From: a virus
DNA: 64,000 bases
Reading direction: 5' to 3' (one strand)
IMG/VR virus record: IMGVR_UViG_3300030102_006261
Coordinates: 78,161 to 142,160 of that record
Part shown: piece after piece, positions 20,602-30,550 of the stretch
Position numbering within the stretch: the stretch's first letter is position 1
Layout: each line of letters starts with the position of its first letter
The notes under the pieces: generated by a model
What the model was told of the DNA's origin: nothing
What the model saw: only the letters and a program-made list of their open reading frames with translations
The model's database searches: none
Position numbers and translations under genes: made by a program

Positions 20602-21653
20602 TGACAACTTACATCGATAAAAAGTTTATCAATCTAGTTTCGTCCCACCTAGATAAGTTTAGTTGGAAGAAAAATGATTTAGCGAATTGTCGATGTCCAA
20701 TTTGTGGAGATTCAAAGAAAAACAAAACAAAGGCTCGTGGTTACTTTTATCAGAAAGGTAACGATTTTTTCTACAAGTGTCACAACTGTGGTGCAGGTCA
20801 CTCGCTATATAGATTTTTAGAAATGATTTCTCCTGTTTTGATGAAGGACTATTCCATGGAGAGATGGAAGTCTGGTGAAAACGGGAGATCAAACTATATA
20901 CAACCAGAGGAGCGAGAGATGTTAGGTATTAAATCGAAACCTAAATTTAAACCACAACCAGAGTTACTAAAGAATTTGACGCGGGTGAAAGATCTAAGCA
21001 AAGATCACCCAGCTTATAAATTTGTACAATTAAGAAAAATACCAGAAAAGTTTTATGATATTTTATATTATACAAATGATTTTGGTAGTTTTCAAACTAA
21101 GTTAGATCCAACGGCCATGGCTCTGGGTGAAGAGGAAAGGTTAGTCATTCCATTTTTTAACAAGAGTGGTGATCTTGTTGCTGCACAGGGTAGATTGTTA
21201 AATCTGAAATCTGAACAAAATGCGAGACATACGGCTAGGTACATAACTGTGAAGGCTGACAAAAGCATAGATCGACTTTGGTATGGAATGTGGAGGGCAA
21301 ATCCAAAAAAGAGGGTATATGTCGTAGAGGGTCCTCTAGATAGTCTCTTCATATCAAACACTATCGCCATGGTTGGTGCCGGTGCGATTGAAAAAATACA
21401 TCCTAGATTCGACTCCAGTGATGTAGTTTATGCCTTAGATAACGAGCCTAGAAACAAACAGATCATAAACTATATGGAAAGATTAATTGATAAGAAATGC
21501 AGTGTTTGCATTTGGCCAGATAACGTGAAAGAAAAAGATATTAACGATATGATCTATACGAGATCTCATAGAGAAATAAAGAGTATCATCGATAGAAATG
21601 TTTACACAGGATTAGAGGCAAAAATGAAACTGATGAAATGGAGAAAGGTATGA
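20601..21653 (+). CDS. gp61: DNA primase, T4 gp61
   Basis: Zn finger CPICGDS..CHNC; Toprim VVEGPLDS, DNEPRN, KDINDM. Confidence 0.95.
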   Translation: MTTYIDKKFINLVSSHLDKFSWKKNDLANCRCPICGDSKKNKTKARGYFYQKGNDFFYKCHNCGAGHSLYRFLEMISPVLMKDYSMERWKSGENGRSNYIQPEEREMLGIKSKPKFKPQPELLKNLTRVKDLSKDHPAYKFVQLRKIPEKFYDILYYTNDFGSFQTKLDPTAMALGEEERLVIPFFNKSGDLVAAQGRLLNLKSEQNARHTARYITVKADKSIDRLWYGMWRANPKKRVYVVEGPLDSLFISNTIAMVGAGAIEKIHPRFDSSDVVYALDNEPRNKQIINYMERLIDKKCSVCIWPDNVKEKDINDMIYTRSHREIKSIIDRNVYTGLEAKMKLMKWRKV

Positions 21654-21832
21654 TGGAAGAGGATATCCCAGATGAGGTTTTTCTTGAGGCCACCATTCAG
21701 TTTGCTAATCACTTCTCTGATTACATAAAAGAATGGAATCATGATGTTTGGAGAAGAGCAGTGGACTACGCAAAGAGTTATACTGAACTAGAAGACTTTG
21801 ATATTTTTTACGGAGATGACAAACGTGACTAA
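21650..21832 (+). CDS. Small hypothetical protein
   Basis: Coupled between primase and thyX. Confidence 0.55.
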   Translation: MMEEDIPDEVFLEATIQFANHFSDYIKEWNHDVWRRAVDYAKSYTELEDFDIFYGDDKRD

Positions 21833-22556
21833 AATTTTAAACGCAGGGCATGTTGAATTAGTTGATCATATGGGAAATGATTTAACTGTGGTTAATGCTG
21901 CTAGAGTTTCTTTTAATAAAGAAAGTGAATGGACGTACGATGAAGAGGCAATGGAAAGAATTAAGGGATCAAACTGGCAATCTGACAGACTGAGAGAAGA
22001 GTTTAAAAAATTATCAGACGCAGATAAAAAACTCATATCATATTTAGCCAAACACAAGCACTGGACACCTTTTGCACATCCACAGATCACGTTGAGAATT
22101 AAAGCTCCCGTGTCAATTAGAACTCAGTTCTTTAAGCATAAGCAGGGATTTGTTGAGAATGAAATCAGTCGAAGATATGTCTCATATGATCCAGAGTTCT
22201 ATTTACCTCACTGGAGAGGGCAACCAAAGAATGGTGCTAAACAAGGGAGTGAAGATTTTATAGCTTTACCATCAGAATCAATACGAGCATATTCTAAAGC
22301 ACTCGACGCTTCTTTGGAGGCATACCATAAACTAATTGACTCTGGTGTTGCTCCGGAACAAGCACGTTTCGTTTTACCACAAGCGATGTACACAGAATGG
22401 TATTGGACTGGATCTCTCGCAGCATACGCTAGATTTTACAGTCAAAGATCAGATCCACATGCTCAATGGGAAATTCGTGAGTATGCTAGAGTCATTGGTG
22501 AAATAATTCAACCACTTTTCCCATTTTCGTGGAAATCGCTTACTATAAATACATAG
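21816..22556 (+). CDS. thyX: Flavin-dependent thymidylate synthase ThyX
   Basis: VVNAARVS, HWTPF, KHK..NEISRRY, EQARFVLP, HAQWEIR. Confidence 0.93.
   Translation: MTNVTKILNAGHVELVDHMGNDLTVVNAARVSFNKESEWTYDEEAMERIKGSNWQSDRLREEFKKLSDADKKLISYLAKHKHWTPFAHPQITLRIKAPVSIRTQFFKHKQGFVENEISRRYVSYDPEFYLPHWRGQPKNGAKQGSEDFIALPSESIRAYSKALDASLEAYHKLIDSGVAPEQARFVLPQAMYTEWYWTGSLAAYARFYSQRSDPHAQWEIREYARVIGEIIQPLFPFSWKSLTINT
22544..22551 (+). promoter_or_regulatory. T4-type late promoter TATAAATA
   Basis: Exact consensus 17 nt upstream of the structural gene at 22569. Confidence 0.7.
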
Positions 22557-22568
22557 TAAGGAAAACTT

Positions 22569-23051
22569 ATGGCACAAAAAAATTACGACATAGAAATAGA
22601 TCAGGGTGAAAAGTTTGGACTGTACTTTCAGTTTACTGATGATAATGATAGTCTAATAGATCTTAACAGTTATAAGGCAAACATGGAGCTTCGTAGGTTT
22701 GCCGGTGACTCCGAGATTCTTGTTCACTTGAGTGGTAGTGGTCCAACTGGAATGGGTGCAGGGACCGGTGGTAGATATGGAATTACCGGGGGTGGATCAA
22801 CTGGATTCTTTAGTTCCTTGGCCACTGGGGGTGTGTCTGGAACTGGAGGTATTTTCTTTAATGCATCCTCGACTGGATCTGTTGTATATAATGCAACCGG
22901 AGGAGTATTCATTTCTATGGATGCAGAAACAACTTCAAATGTCCCGTTCGGAAGACATTTCTATGATTTAGAATTTTTAAATCCTTCAAAAGAAACCATT
23001 AAGGTTTTAAAGGGAAGATTTGTTGTCAACAGAGAAGTAACTAGAGATTGA
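22569..23051 (+). CDS. Small beta-sandwich virion protein
   Basis: YDIEIDQG..DL..Y.A.M.LR..YDLE..VLKG.F.V..EVTR pattern of T4-like virion proteins; late promoter. Confidence 0.6.
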   Translation: MAQKNYDIEIDQGEKFGLYFQFTDDNDSLIDLNSYKANMELRRFAGDSEILVHLSGSGPTGMGAGTGGRYGITGGGSTGFFSSLATGGVSGTGGIFFNASSTGSVVYNATGGVFISMDAETTSNVPFGRHFYDLEFLNPSKETIKVLKGRFVVNREVTRD

Positions 23052-23062
23052 TTGGAGAATAG

Positions 23063-26000
23063 ATGCCTTTTCATGGTGGATTTGGTCAAGACCAAGATGT
23101 TGTAAATCCTGAACTTTACTTAAAACGTTATGTTGAGGGTGATATCTATTCTGGTGCGGTGTTACTAAACGAAAGTCCAACTTCGGTTGATGCTACTCAA
23201 TATGAATACAGTCTGAGTGTATTCTCCAACATGTTCTCTGGAGCAAACTCTGATTTTTTCTCAGCGGATGAATGGCCGATAGAACTACCAAACTCAAATG
23301 GACTTTTTCAGTTTACTGGTAAACTGGGATCCTCCACTACTGCGTTTAAGCAACTTGGCTTTGCGGGACGAAACTTTACCACTGTAGGATTTGATTCTAA
23401 CTCTGATGGGGTGATTGACAATCCTGTTAGTTCATATAGATATAATTTTTCTACAATAAATGAGATCTCTCCTATTCAGACCTTACCGGGTGTTAATTTA
23501 TCTTACGATCCAGTTGAGTCTAGTGCTGTTACAAGATTTACTTATAATCGGGCGTTTCCTGAATTTGCTAGTACAGACTTATATACTACACTCTCAGAGA
23601 GAATCCCAAGACGGCCGAAATACTATAAGTATGGAATGTACTATGATACATCCGAAAACGAAATGCGAAGTATAAAAGAGCAGTCTTTTGCTTGTGGATT
23701 CGACAACGGATTTTATGTTGATCAAGAGGGTAAGATAAAAGTGATGAGTCAAGGTTATGAATTTGCTCGCTCCGCACCAATTTTTGGTATATTTTCTTTC
23801 ATGGACAAATTTTTGTTTAATGAAAATGGTATAGAAACAGCTACAGAATATAATAGTGTTTTTGATCCATCATCTGAGTATTTTATACCAGAGGGAGTTG
23901 ACTGGGAGTATGATTCAAGTGAGGGGCCTTTTCTTGGACTAGATCATAACGCTAGGATGACTAAGTACCTAAATGAGCCTTACGCAAATGTTGCACATTT
24001 AATTAGGTTGTATTTAAATAGAAAATTCTTTGATAAGATGCTGGAGCAGTTACCAGAGTGGTCACATCTATGCTCCGTTATTCAATATTATGACGAAGAC
24101 TTGGAAATAAAATCTATTGCTATGGCAGCGAATGATGCTGCTATCTTATTGGACACTGAGGGAAAAATACACGTAATCAGTAACGCAGGTAAAACTTCCA
24201 GTACTACCACCGATGTAAGTAGCTGCTCTTACGGCGCCGCCCGTGATTTAGTTCAGCATCTTATGGTTTACTACCCCGAAAAATATAGAAAACAAGATTG
24301 GAATCAATATTTAGATTCCAATGGTGTACCAGAAGATCTAGGCTCTTTCCCATACATGAGTTCTGAAAAATATTTTTGGGTCGATGACACTGGAGAATTG
24401 GTCGATACTGAGGATGTAAAGTTTGTATCTGTGCAGGCTGATGGAGGATCTCTTCCGGGAGAAGGTGTCACTTTTCTTGCGATAGATGATCAGGGTAAAG
24501 TGTATGCTCGTGAAATAAAGAGCACGATGACATATGAACCGGTTAGGGTGAATATTCCAGCGACAAATGGAGAGGGTTATAGACGTTTCATAGAGAGACC
24601 TAAATACTCGTCATACAGTTCATCTGGGCTACCATCTTCGGAGCTACATCCTGAATTCATGAAGGGTGGTGAGTTCATAGACTCGACTGGTGGTCGAACA
24701 AGATCACAACCAACGCTGGGTTTCGACGACTTCACTGATCTGCTTGAGGATGTCTTCAATGATATTGGATACGCTTATCCATCTGATCCCACAAATCCCA
24801 ATGCAGAAAACATTCCGTTCTTTGATCCCAGAGTTCGTGAAAGGTATGATAGATTCTTGTTGAATGGTGATCCACACCGAGTGGCTGCTCGTTATAGGGA
24901 CATCACAAATCCCGCAAGTGTAATGATCAATCCGGAAACAGGGAATATTCTTCATACAGATAATTCAATTATGAGATTTTTGGCATCGAGTCTGAGAGAA
25001 ATACCTCTAGACGCTAATGGAAATAGGTGTCGTGTTTTATCACTTACGGACACCTTTGAGCACTTGAGTGCCGTTTTGTATGTAGATGTTAGTGGTAGGA
25101 GTCATGCCACTCTACCCGATGATCCTGGTCCTCTGAATATTGACGCAGAAACGGAGGTCATACCAAACGGTAGGATAGGAATCACTCATATCGGGACAAT
25201 GCAACTGCGCAATGGTAATTTGATGACTTTTCTTTCCAAGAAACTGTCTCCAAGATTGCTTGTAAAAACTTTTGATCAAAATAAAGATCCCCTTGACCCA
25301 TCTTTATATGAGTATATTGATAATACGTCAACGTTTGAAGACAAAACTATGTCTTTTGATATAGCCACGTATCGTAAATTATTTTTACGAGAGGTTGACG
25401 GTAATGAGCACTATATTCCACCTAGAAATATAGGTGGTACTCGATCTGGAGTGGTGATACACTCAAACAATGATAAAATAGCTTATATTACGGCTAGACA
25501 GTGGAAAGGTTCTGAATTTGATCCACCACAGATACAGAATCTACAAGGGCAGGTAGCAGAACTACCCGGTCAAGTACGATCAATATCAGCGTTTAGTGTC
25601 CCTCATCCATTATACTTTAGGACACGACCTCGGGCTAGTGGAATAGATGATATTGTTCCAGATTATGAGCCGTGGAGAAGTTATAATAACTTTACTTCTT
25701 TTAATCTGATGTATAATCGAGGTAATCTTATGGCAAACATGTTCCTCCCAAACAATAGAGTTAATTATAGTTTTAATAACATACAACAAACATGGGATGA
25801 TAAAATATACCCCGCATACTCAGATCCCCTGTATGACAAGACAAATGGAATTCCAATGATGGGATCTCTAAATGGGTTCAACGGTACATTTTTCAATGCA
25901 TACGCTTCAGCATACCCCGGATTGTGCAATCCTCCAATGATTTTTCCAGACGCAGTACCCGGTCCCGCTGACAGCCCCACCCCTCTTTTAGGCTATTTAC

Positions 26001-26983
26001 CCGGCATTCCACCACATGAACCTGGCGGAATTGTCCCGTATTATACAGGGTGGTATCCTGATGGTATTGAGTCTGGTGGTGGACAGCAATATGGTAGGCC
26101 TGGCGCTTTCTACGGTAACCTAGCACAAACTGATGGGCTTGCTGTAGATTTTGATTATATAGATTCTTTGATGGGTGGTAATGGCGAAGAGCGTTTCCTA
26201 GACATAACACACTACGATGTGGATGAGGAGGGGACAGTTGGTGAGGCATTAGTTGACTATAAAAAAGGTTTTTCATTCTGGGCCAACACTGGACAACTTC
26301 CCACCACTATCCCAGAGGAATATACAAGTGATCCACTGTATATGAAAGATTGGCGTATACCGAATGTGGTTAACGAAAAAGCCTTTATTGATGAATCAAA
26401 TGTAGAGTGTATCCCATACCCAGATTCTGTGGGTAGAGAGTACCTACGAAACTCCGATTACACTTTGAATTCTGCAAATCTTTTAATTGTTGACTCTGCA
26501 AATTTAGCCGATAATAGTGGAAGAACAATTGAATATGCCACAGCACACGCTGACGTTTATTATATTGTCTTGAGTGATGGAACGTGTCGTGGTATGTCTT
26601 ATCGAGTGGACGATTCTGACAGTTTAATTTGGTATCCTGCTAGGGGTCCTTTTGATCAGGATGTTACTCAACCTAGAATTGGATTATCTAGACCTACTAG
26701 TGCGTCTTTAGATAGAGAAGCTGGTGTTAGATTAAGAACTTATGGTCCTCCTCCAAAACCAAAACCAAAAAGCTCAGAATCTGAGACACCACCAGCGGCA
26801 CCACCAGTGACACCACCAGTGACACCACCAGTGACACCACCAGCGGCACCTCCCGCTGTACCACCAGCGGCACCTCCGCCACCAGCGGCACCTCCACCAC
26901 CACCAGCGGCACCTCCGCCACCACCAATGTCACCACCACCATCCCCACCATCTTCAGGTGGCGGTGGAGGATACGGATATTAA
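23063..26983 (+). CDS. Large hypothetical structural protein with Pro-rich C-terminus
   Basis: 1306-aa ORF; dispersed RCC1/beta-propeller-like blades (AILLDTEGKI, FLAIDDQGKV, IVLSDGT). Confidence 0.6.
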   Translation: MPFHGGFGQDQDVVNPELYLKRYVEGDIYSGAVLLNESPTSVDATQYEYSLSVFSNMFSGANSDFFSADEWPIELPNSNGLFQFTGKLGSSTTAFKQLGFAGRNFTTVGFDSNSDGVIDNPVSSYRYNFSTINEISPIQTLPGVNLSYDPVESSAVTRFTYNRAFPEFASTDLYTTLSERIPRRPKYYKYGMYYDTSENEMRSIKEQSFACGFDNGFYVDQEGKIKVMSQGYEFARSAPIFGIFSFMDKFLFNENGIETATEYNSVFDPSSEYFIPEGVDWEYDSSEGPFLGLDHNARMTKYLNEPYANVAHLIRLYLNRKFFDKMLEQLPEWSHLCSVIQYYDEDLEIKSIAMAANDAAILLDTEGKIHVISNAGKTSSTTTDVSSCSYGAARDLVQHLMVYYPEKYRKQDWNQYLDSNGVPEDLGSFPYMSSEKYFWVDDTGELVDTEDVKFVSVQADGGSLPGEGVTFLAIDDQGKVYAREIKSTMTYEPVRVNIPATNGEGYRRFIERPKYSSYSSSGLPSSELHPEFMKGGEFIDSTGGRTRSQPTLGFDDFTDLLEDVFNDIGYAYPSDPTNPNAENIPFFDPRVRERYDRFLLNGDPHRVAARYRDITNPASVMINPETGNILHTDNSIMRFLASSLREIPLDANGNRCRVLSLTDTFEHLSAVLYVDVSGRSHATLPDDPGPLNIDAETEVIPNGRIGITHIGTMQLRNGNLMTFLSKKLSPRLLVKTFDQNKDPLDPSLYEYIDNTSTFEDKTMSFDIATYRKLFLREVDGNEHYIPPRNIGGTRSGVVIHSNNDKIAYITARQWKGSEFDPPQIQNLQGQVAELPGQVRSISAFSVPHPLYFRTRPRASGIDDIVPDYEPWRSYNNFTSFNLMYNRGNLMANMFLPNNRVNYSFNNIQQTWDDKIYPAYSDPLYDKTNGIPMMGSLNGFNGTFFNAYASAYPGLCNPPMIFPDAVPGPADSPTPLLGYLPGIPPHEPGGIVPYYTGWYPDGIESGGGQQYGRPGAFYGNLAQTDGLAVDFDYIDSLMGGNGEERFLDITHYDVDEEGTVGEALVDYKKGFSFWANTGQLPTTIPEEYTSDPLYMKDWRIPNVVNEKAFIDESNVECIPYPDSVGREYLRNSDYTLNSANLLIVDSANLADNSGRTIEYATAHADVYYIVLSDGTCRGMSYRVDDSDSLIWYPARGPFDQDVTQPRIGLSRPTSASLDREAGVRLRTYGPPPKPKPKSSESETPPAAPPVTPPVTPPVTPPAAPPAVPPAAPPPPAAPPPPPAAPPPPPMSPPPSPPSSGGGGGYGY
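26786..26950 (+). repeat. Pro-rich tandem repeat (caccaccagtga / ccaccagcggcacct units)
   Basis: Encodes PPVT/PPAA repeats. Confidence 0.85.
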
Positions 26984-27055
26984 TTTTTACATTTACTTAT
27001 CAAATAAACCATATATAATAGTGTTTTTAAAAAAGAGAGTTGGAGAATTTTTGTT

Positions 27056-29017
27056 ATGAGTGTAGAGTTACCAAGTTTATATCAGTCGTTCATTCATCTA
27101 TCCCGTTACTCTAGGTGGTTACCCGAGAAGGGAAGAAGAGAGACTTGGTCTGAGACTGTTGGTCGTTACTTTGATTTCTTTGAAGGACATCTAAAAGAAT
27201 ATCATAATTATAAAGTAACTAAAAAAGAAAGAGAAGAGTTAGAACAAGCAGTTCTTAATTTAGAAATCATGCCTTCGATGCGAGCTTTGATGACCGCTGG
27301 TGATGCATTAAAGCGAGATAATATTGCTGGTTATAACTGCTCTTTTGTGAGTGCAGGTAGAGTTCGTTCATTTGATGAAATCTTGTATGTTCTGATGTGT
27401 GGGACTGGAGTAGGGTTCAGTGTTGAACGAGACTTTCTTAAGAAACTACCTACCATAGCAGAGGAGTTTGAGGGTAGTGATACGACCATTGTTGTACAAG
27501 ATAGTAAGATGGGTTGGGCCAAGTCGTATAAGGAACTCACCTCCCTTCTTATTGGAGGTCAGATTCCCAAGTGGGATCTCTCGAAGATTCGACCTGCCGG
27601 AGCGAAACTCAAGACTTTCGGTGGTAGAGCTTCGGGGCCAGAACCACTGGACGATTTATTCCGGTTCACAGTGGAAACCTATAAAAAGGCTGCTGGAAGA
27701 AAACTCACCTCCATCGAATGTCACGATATCGTCTGCAAGATTGCTGAGATTGTCGTTGTTGGGGGGGTACGTCGAAGTGCCCTTATCTCACTATCTTCGC
27801 TTACCGATGAGCGGATGCGCGATGCGAAGCACGGACAGTGGTGGATTTCCGACCCTCAAAGAGCACTATCGAATAACTCGGTAGCTTATCGAGAGAAGCC
27901 AGAAATCGGCACATTCATGGAGGAGTGGCTCTCCCTCTATAAGAGTAAGTCTGGTGAACGAGGTATTTTCAATCGTGACGCAGCACAGAAACAAATTGAA
28001 CGTGCAAACGAACACCGTCAGAGCATGGGTGATGGATATCGTCTTCGTGAATCCAACCACGAGTTTGGTACAAACCCCTGTAGTGAGATTATTCTTCGCG
28101 ATAAGGAATTTTGTAATCTAACTGAAATTGTCATTCGTGGTGATGATACCGCAGAGTCTCTAGAAAGAAAGGTTCGACTTGCTACCATTCTTGGTACATG
28201 GCAGTCTACTCTGACTAACTTCAAGTACCTCTCAAGTGAGTGGGAGCGTAACTGTGAGGACGAGAGACTTCTTGGTGTGTCTATGACTGGTATCATGGAC
28301 TGCAAGCTGACGAACGGTAAATCTAGGGGTCTACAAGAGCTTCTGACAAACCTGAAGACTGCTGCAATCCAAGAAAACAAGAAAGCAGCGAAGAACATCG
28401 GAATCAATGAGTCTGTCGCTATTACTTGTGTTAAACCCAGTGGAACCGTCTCTCAGCTTGTAGACGCAGCATCAGGTATTCACGCTCGTCACAATCCATA
28501 CTATGTCCGCACAGTCCGTGCTGATATGAAAGATCCTCTGTGTAGATTCATGGAAACTCAGGGATTCCCTTGTGAGCCAGATGTAATGAAACCAGAACAC
28601 ACTATGGTGTTTTCTTTCCCAATGAAGACACCAAAGAGTGCCGTGTTCAGGACGGACATGACTGCAATCGAACAGTTGGAGCTTTGGTTGCAGTATCAAA
28701 GATTTTGGTGTGAACACAAGCCTTCAATCACTGTCTCTGTGAAGGAGGATGAGTGGATGGGTGTTGGTGCATGGGTATGGGAACACTTTGATGAAGTTTC
28801 CGGTGTTTCTTTCTTACCTTTCTCAGATCATACATATAAGCAAGCACCATATCAGGACTGCACTGATGTGGAATATGAAGAACTTTTAACATCCATGCCA
28901 CAAGATGTGGATTGGAGCAAATTGGGAGAGTACGAACAGGAAGATAACACAGCGGGAACGCAGACGTTTGCCTGTTCTGGAAATTCATGCGAAGTAGTTG
29001 ACTTAACAACAAATTAA
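27056..29017 (+). CDS. nrdJ: Class II (adenosylcobalamin-dependent) ribonucleotide reductase
   Basis: YNCS, GTGVGFS, VVVGGVRRSA, TNPCSEI, CNLTE, TCVKPSGT, C-terminal ACSGNSCE; no beta subunit adjacent. Confidence 0.92.
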   Translation: MSVELPSLYQSFIHLSRYSRWLPEKGRRETWSETVGRYFDFFEGHLKEYHNYKVTKKEREELEQAVLNLEIMPSMRALMTAGDALKRDNIAGYNCSFVSAGRVRSFDEILYVLMCGTGVGFSVERDFLKKLPTIAEEFEGSDTTIVVQDSKMGWAKSYKELTSLLIGGQIPKWDLSKIRPAGAKLKTFGGRASGPEPLDDLFRFTVETYKKAAGRKLTSIECHDIVCKIAEIVVVGGVRRSALISLSSLTDERMRDAKHGQWWISDPQRALSNNSVAYREKPEIGTFMEEWLSLYKSKSGERGIFNRDAAQKQIERANEHRQSMGDGYRLRESNHEFGTNPCSEIILRDKEFCNLTEIVIRGDDTAESLERKVRLATILGTWQSTLTNFKYLSSEWERNCEDERLLGVSMTGIMDCKLTNGKSRGLQELLTNLKTAAIQENKKAAKNIGINESVAITCVKPSGTVSQLVDAASGIHARHNPYYVRTVRADMKDPLCRFMETQGFPCEPDVMKPEHTMVFSFPMKTPKSAVFRTDMTAIEQLELWLQYQRFWCEHKPSITVSVKEDEWMGVGAWVWEHFDEVSGVSFLPFSDHTYKQAPYQDCTDVEYEELLTSMPQDVDWSKLGEYEQEDNTAGTQTFACSGNSCEVVDLTTN

Positions 29018-29026
29018 ACGTATAAT
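28998..29026 (+). promoter_or_regulatory. Consensus sigma70 promoter for the small membrane protein and porin operon
   Basis: TTGACT-17nt-TATAAT. Confidence 0.8.
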
Positions 29027-29094
29027 AGAACTTTTATTAATCCAGTGTGTTCGTCGGAGAATGAACACATATACTCTAACAAAAGGAGAAACCT

Positions 29095-29289
29095 ATGAGT
29101 AAAACTACTGGAGATTGCCCCGCCGCAGGTTGCGGCAAAGATTTTGTACAGAATTGGCTTGGAAAGATCGGAATCACCCGTTCCCTCCTCGTCACACTCG
29201 CTCTCGTGCCTTTCGCATGGGATGGTGTCCTTTGGTTCCGCGATGCGGTCGCAACCGTTTGGGACTCAGTAACCACTTGGGGTGGCTAA
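29095..29289 (+). CDS. Small membrane protein
   Basis: Strong SD AAGGAG; CxxxxC then hydrophobic helix. Confidence 0.7.
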   Translation: MSKTTGDCPAAGCGKDFVQNWLGKIGITRSLLVTLALVPFAWDGVLWFRDAVATVWDSVTTWGG

Positions 29290-29310
29290 AGCCACTAAAG
29301 GAGAATCACT

Positions 29311-30339
29311 ATGATTAATATTGCAACTATTCTTCTTTCTGCACCTCTCATGAGTGGTGCAGCGGAAAACGTTAACGTTCATGAACTCATCATGGGGGTT
29401 CGCGAAGATTCTGCAACTCGCATGAGTCTTCGGGGTGACGACAGTCCCGTTACTGTCGATGTTTCTGGTTTCCTTCAGTTCCGTTATCTTTACAATGATG
29501 CCGGCTCGAATGAAGCCACCAGAGGATTTGACATTGATCGTGCCCGGATTAAGTTTTCGGGTGAAGCGTATGAATTTGGATATGCGATCAGTGGACAGTG
29601 GAGTGATACTGAGTTTGAACTCAAGGATGCGTTCCTCACCAAGAACATTGGTGGGTTTGATGTCAAGGCGGGGCAGTTCGTAACTAGTTTCTATAACGGT
29701 TACGTCTCTGATCCAACCACGCTTGTGACTGGTGACTACAGCATCACTGCTCTAACTTATGGACAGGGTTACTCGCAAGGTATTGAAGTTAGCAGAGAGT
29801 ACGATTCTTTCTCATTCTACGCATCATATAACGATGGCTTCAACACCGACAACAGTAGCTTTGGTGACAATGACTATGGAGTCAGTGGACGAGTGGAATT
29901 TACTGGTATCGATAACGTGACTCTTGGTGGTGCATTTGCAAATGAGCAGACTGCAACTGAGAGCTATGATACTTACACGTTTGATGCCAGTTTTGATTTT
30001 GATGAGTTTGTATTTGATGCTGCGTATGTCGCATCAAATCGTGTTGAAGATAGCTGGAACAACTACTCCATTGTTGGCACTGCCAGCTACGTCATGAGTT
30101 CTGATTTCCAGATTTTTGGACAATACGAGTATGGTGTCATGGAAGGTGCCATGTCTGATCTGAATATTGGAACAATTGGTGCGAATATTATCTTCAACCC
30201 CAATGTTCGTTGGACTAACTCTTTTGGATATGCGTTTAACGCTGTCGATGGTGGATACAACCTGTCCGACACTGGATGGGAAAGCTCCTCTACCGACGGT
30301 CAGTATGTCATCAAGAGTATGTTGACTATCAGTTTTTGA
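29311..30339 (+). CDS. Outer-membrane porin (OprO/OprP-like beta-barrel)
   Basis: Signal peptide, VSGFLQFRY, GFDIDRARIKFSG, LKDAFL..VKAGQF, alternating strands, C-terminal Phe. Confidence 0.8.
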   Translation: MINIATILLSAPLMSGAAENVNVHELIMGVREDSATRMSLRGDDSPVTVDVSGFLQFRYLYNDAGSNEATRGFDIDRARIKFSGEAYEFGYAISGQWSDTEFELKDAFLTKNIGGFDVKAGQFVTSFYNGYVSDPTTLVTGDYSITALTYGQGYSQGIEVSREYDSFSFYASYNDGFNTDNSSFGDNDYGVSGRVEFTGIDNVTLGGAFANEQTATESYDTYTFDASFDFDEFVFDAAYVASNRVEDSWNNYSIVGTASYVMSSDFQIFGQYEYGVMEGAMSDLNIGTIGANIIFNPNVRWTNSFGYAFNAVDGGYNLSDTGWESSSTDGQYVIKSMLTISF

Positions 30340-30349
30340 TATATAAAGT
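30322..30349 (+). promoter_or_regulatory. Putative sigma70 promoter for a short RNA starting near 30356
   Basis: TTGACT-16nt-TAAAGT, the same spacing as other promoters in this window. Confidence 0.5.
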
Positions 30350-30355
30350 TATATA

Positions 30356-30420
30356 ATGAGGGACTGGATCACCCTCTATCCGTGTGCAAGAGGGGACTTT
30401 AAAGTCCCCTCTTGTTATTT
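30356..30420 (+). ncRNA. Candidate small RNA resembling the 16S rRNA 3' tail
   Basis: Putative promoter, CTGGATCACCCTCT core, terminator hairpin; 26/27 identity to 39430-39456. Confidence 0.45.
30387..30414. terminator. Perfect 28-bp palindrome, probable bidirectional terminator
   Basis: caagaggggacttt/aaagtcccctcttg, followed by a T-rich tract on the plus strand. Confidence 0.8.
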
Positions 30421-30493
30421 AATAATTTGTTACTATTTTTATATTTTTTATTTTGTAGTGAACACTTTTTCTTGTAATATTGATTACTGGCAT
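30419..30493 (-). CDS. 24-aa basic peptide MPVINITRKSVHYKIKNIKIVTNY
   Basis: CATAAATA late-like promoter (30513-30520), SD AAGGGAG, stop just before the palindromic terminator. Confidence 0.45.
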   Translation of the reverse strand: MPVINITRKSVHYKIKNIKIVTNY

Positions 30494-30550
30494 CGTGTGT
30501 CTCCCTTGCAAGTATTTATGTTATATAAGTACTTGTGAAGGGAAATATGT

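Noticed and set aside
15127-29017. Inteins or introns in gp43, gp41, thyX and nrdJ
   Set aside because: Lengths are normal, ORFs uninterrupted, no splice motifs seen
30356-30538. 60-aa ORF MRDWITLYPC...
   Set aside because: Runs through a strong terminator and AT-rich low-complexity DNA; better explained as sRNA plus opposite-strand peptide, though a leaderless start cannot be excluded
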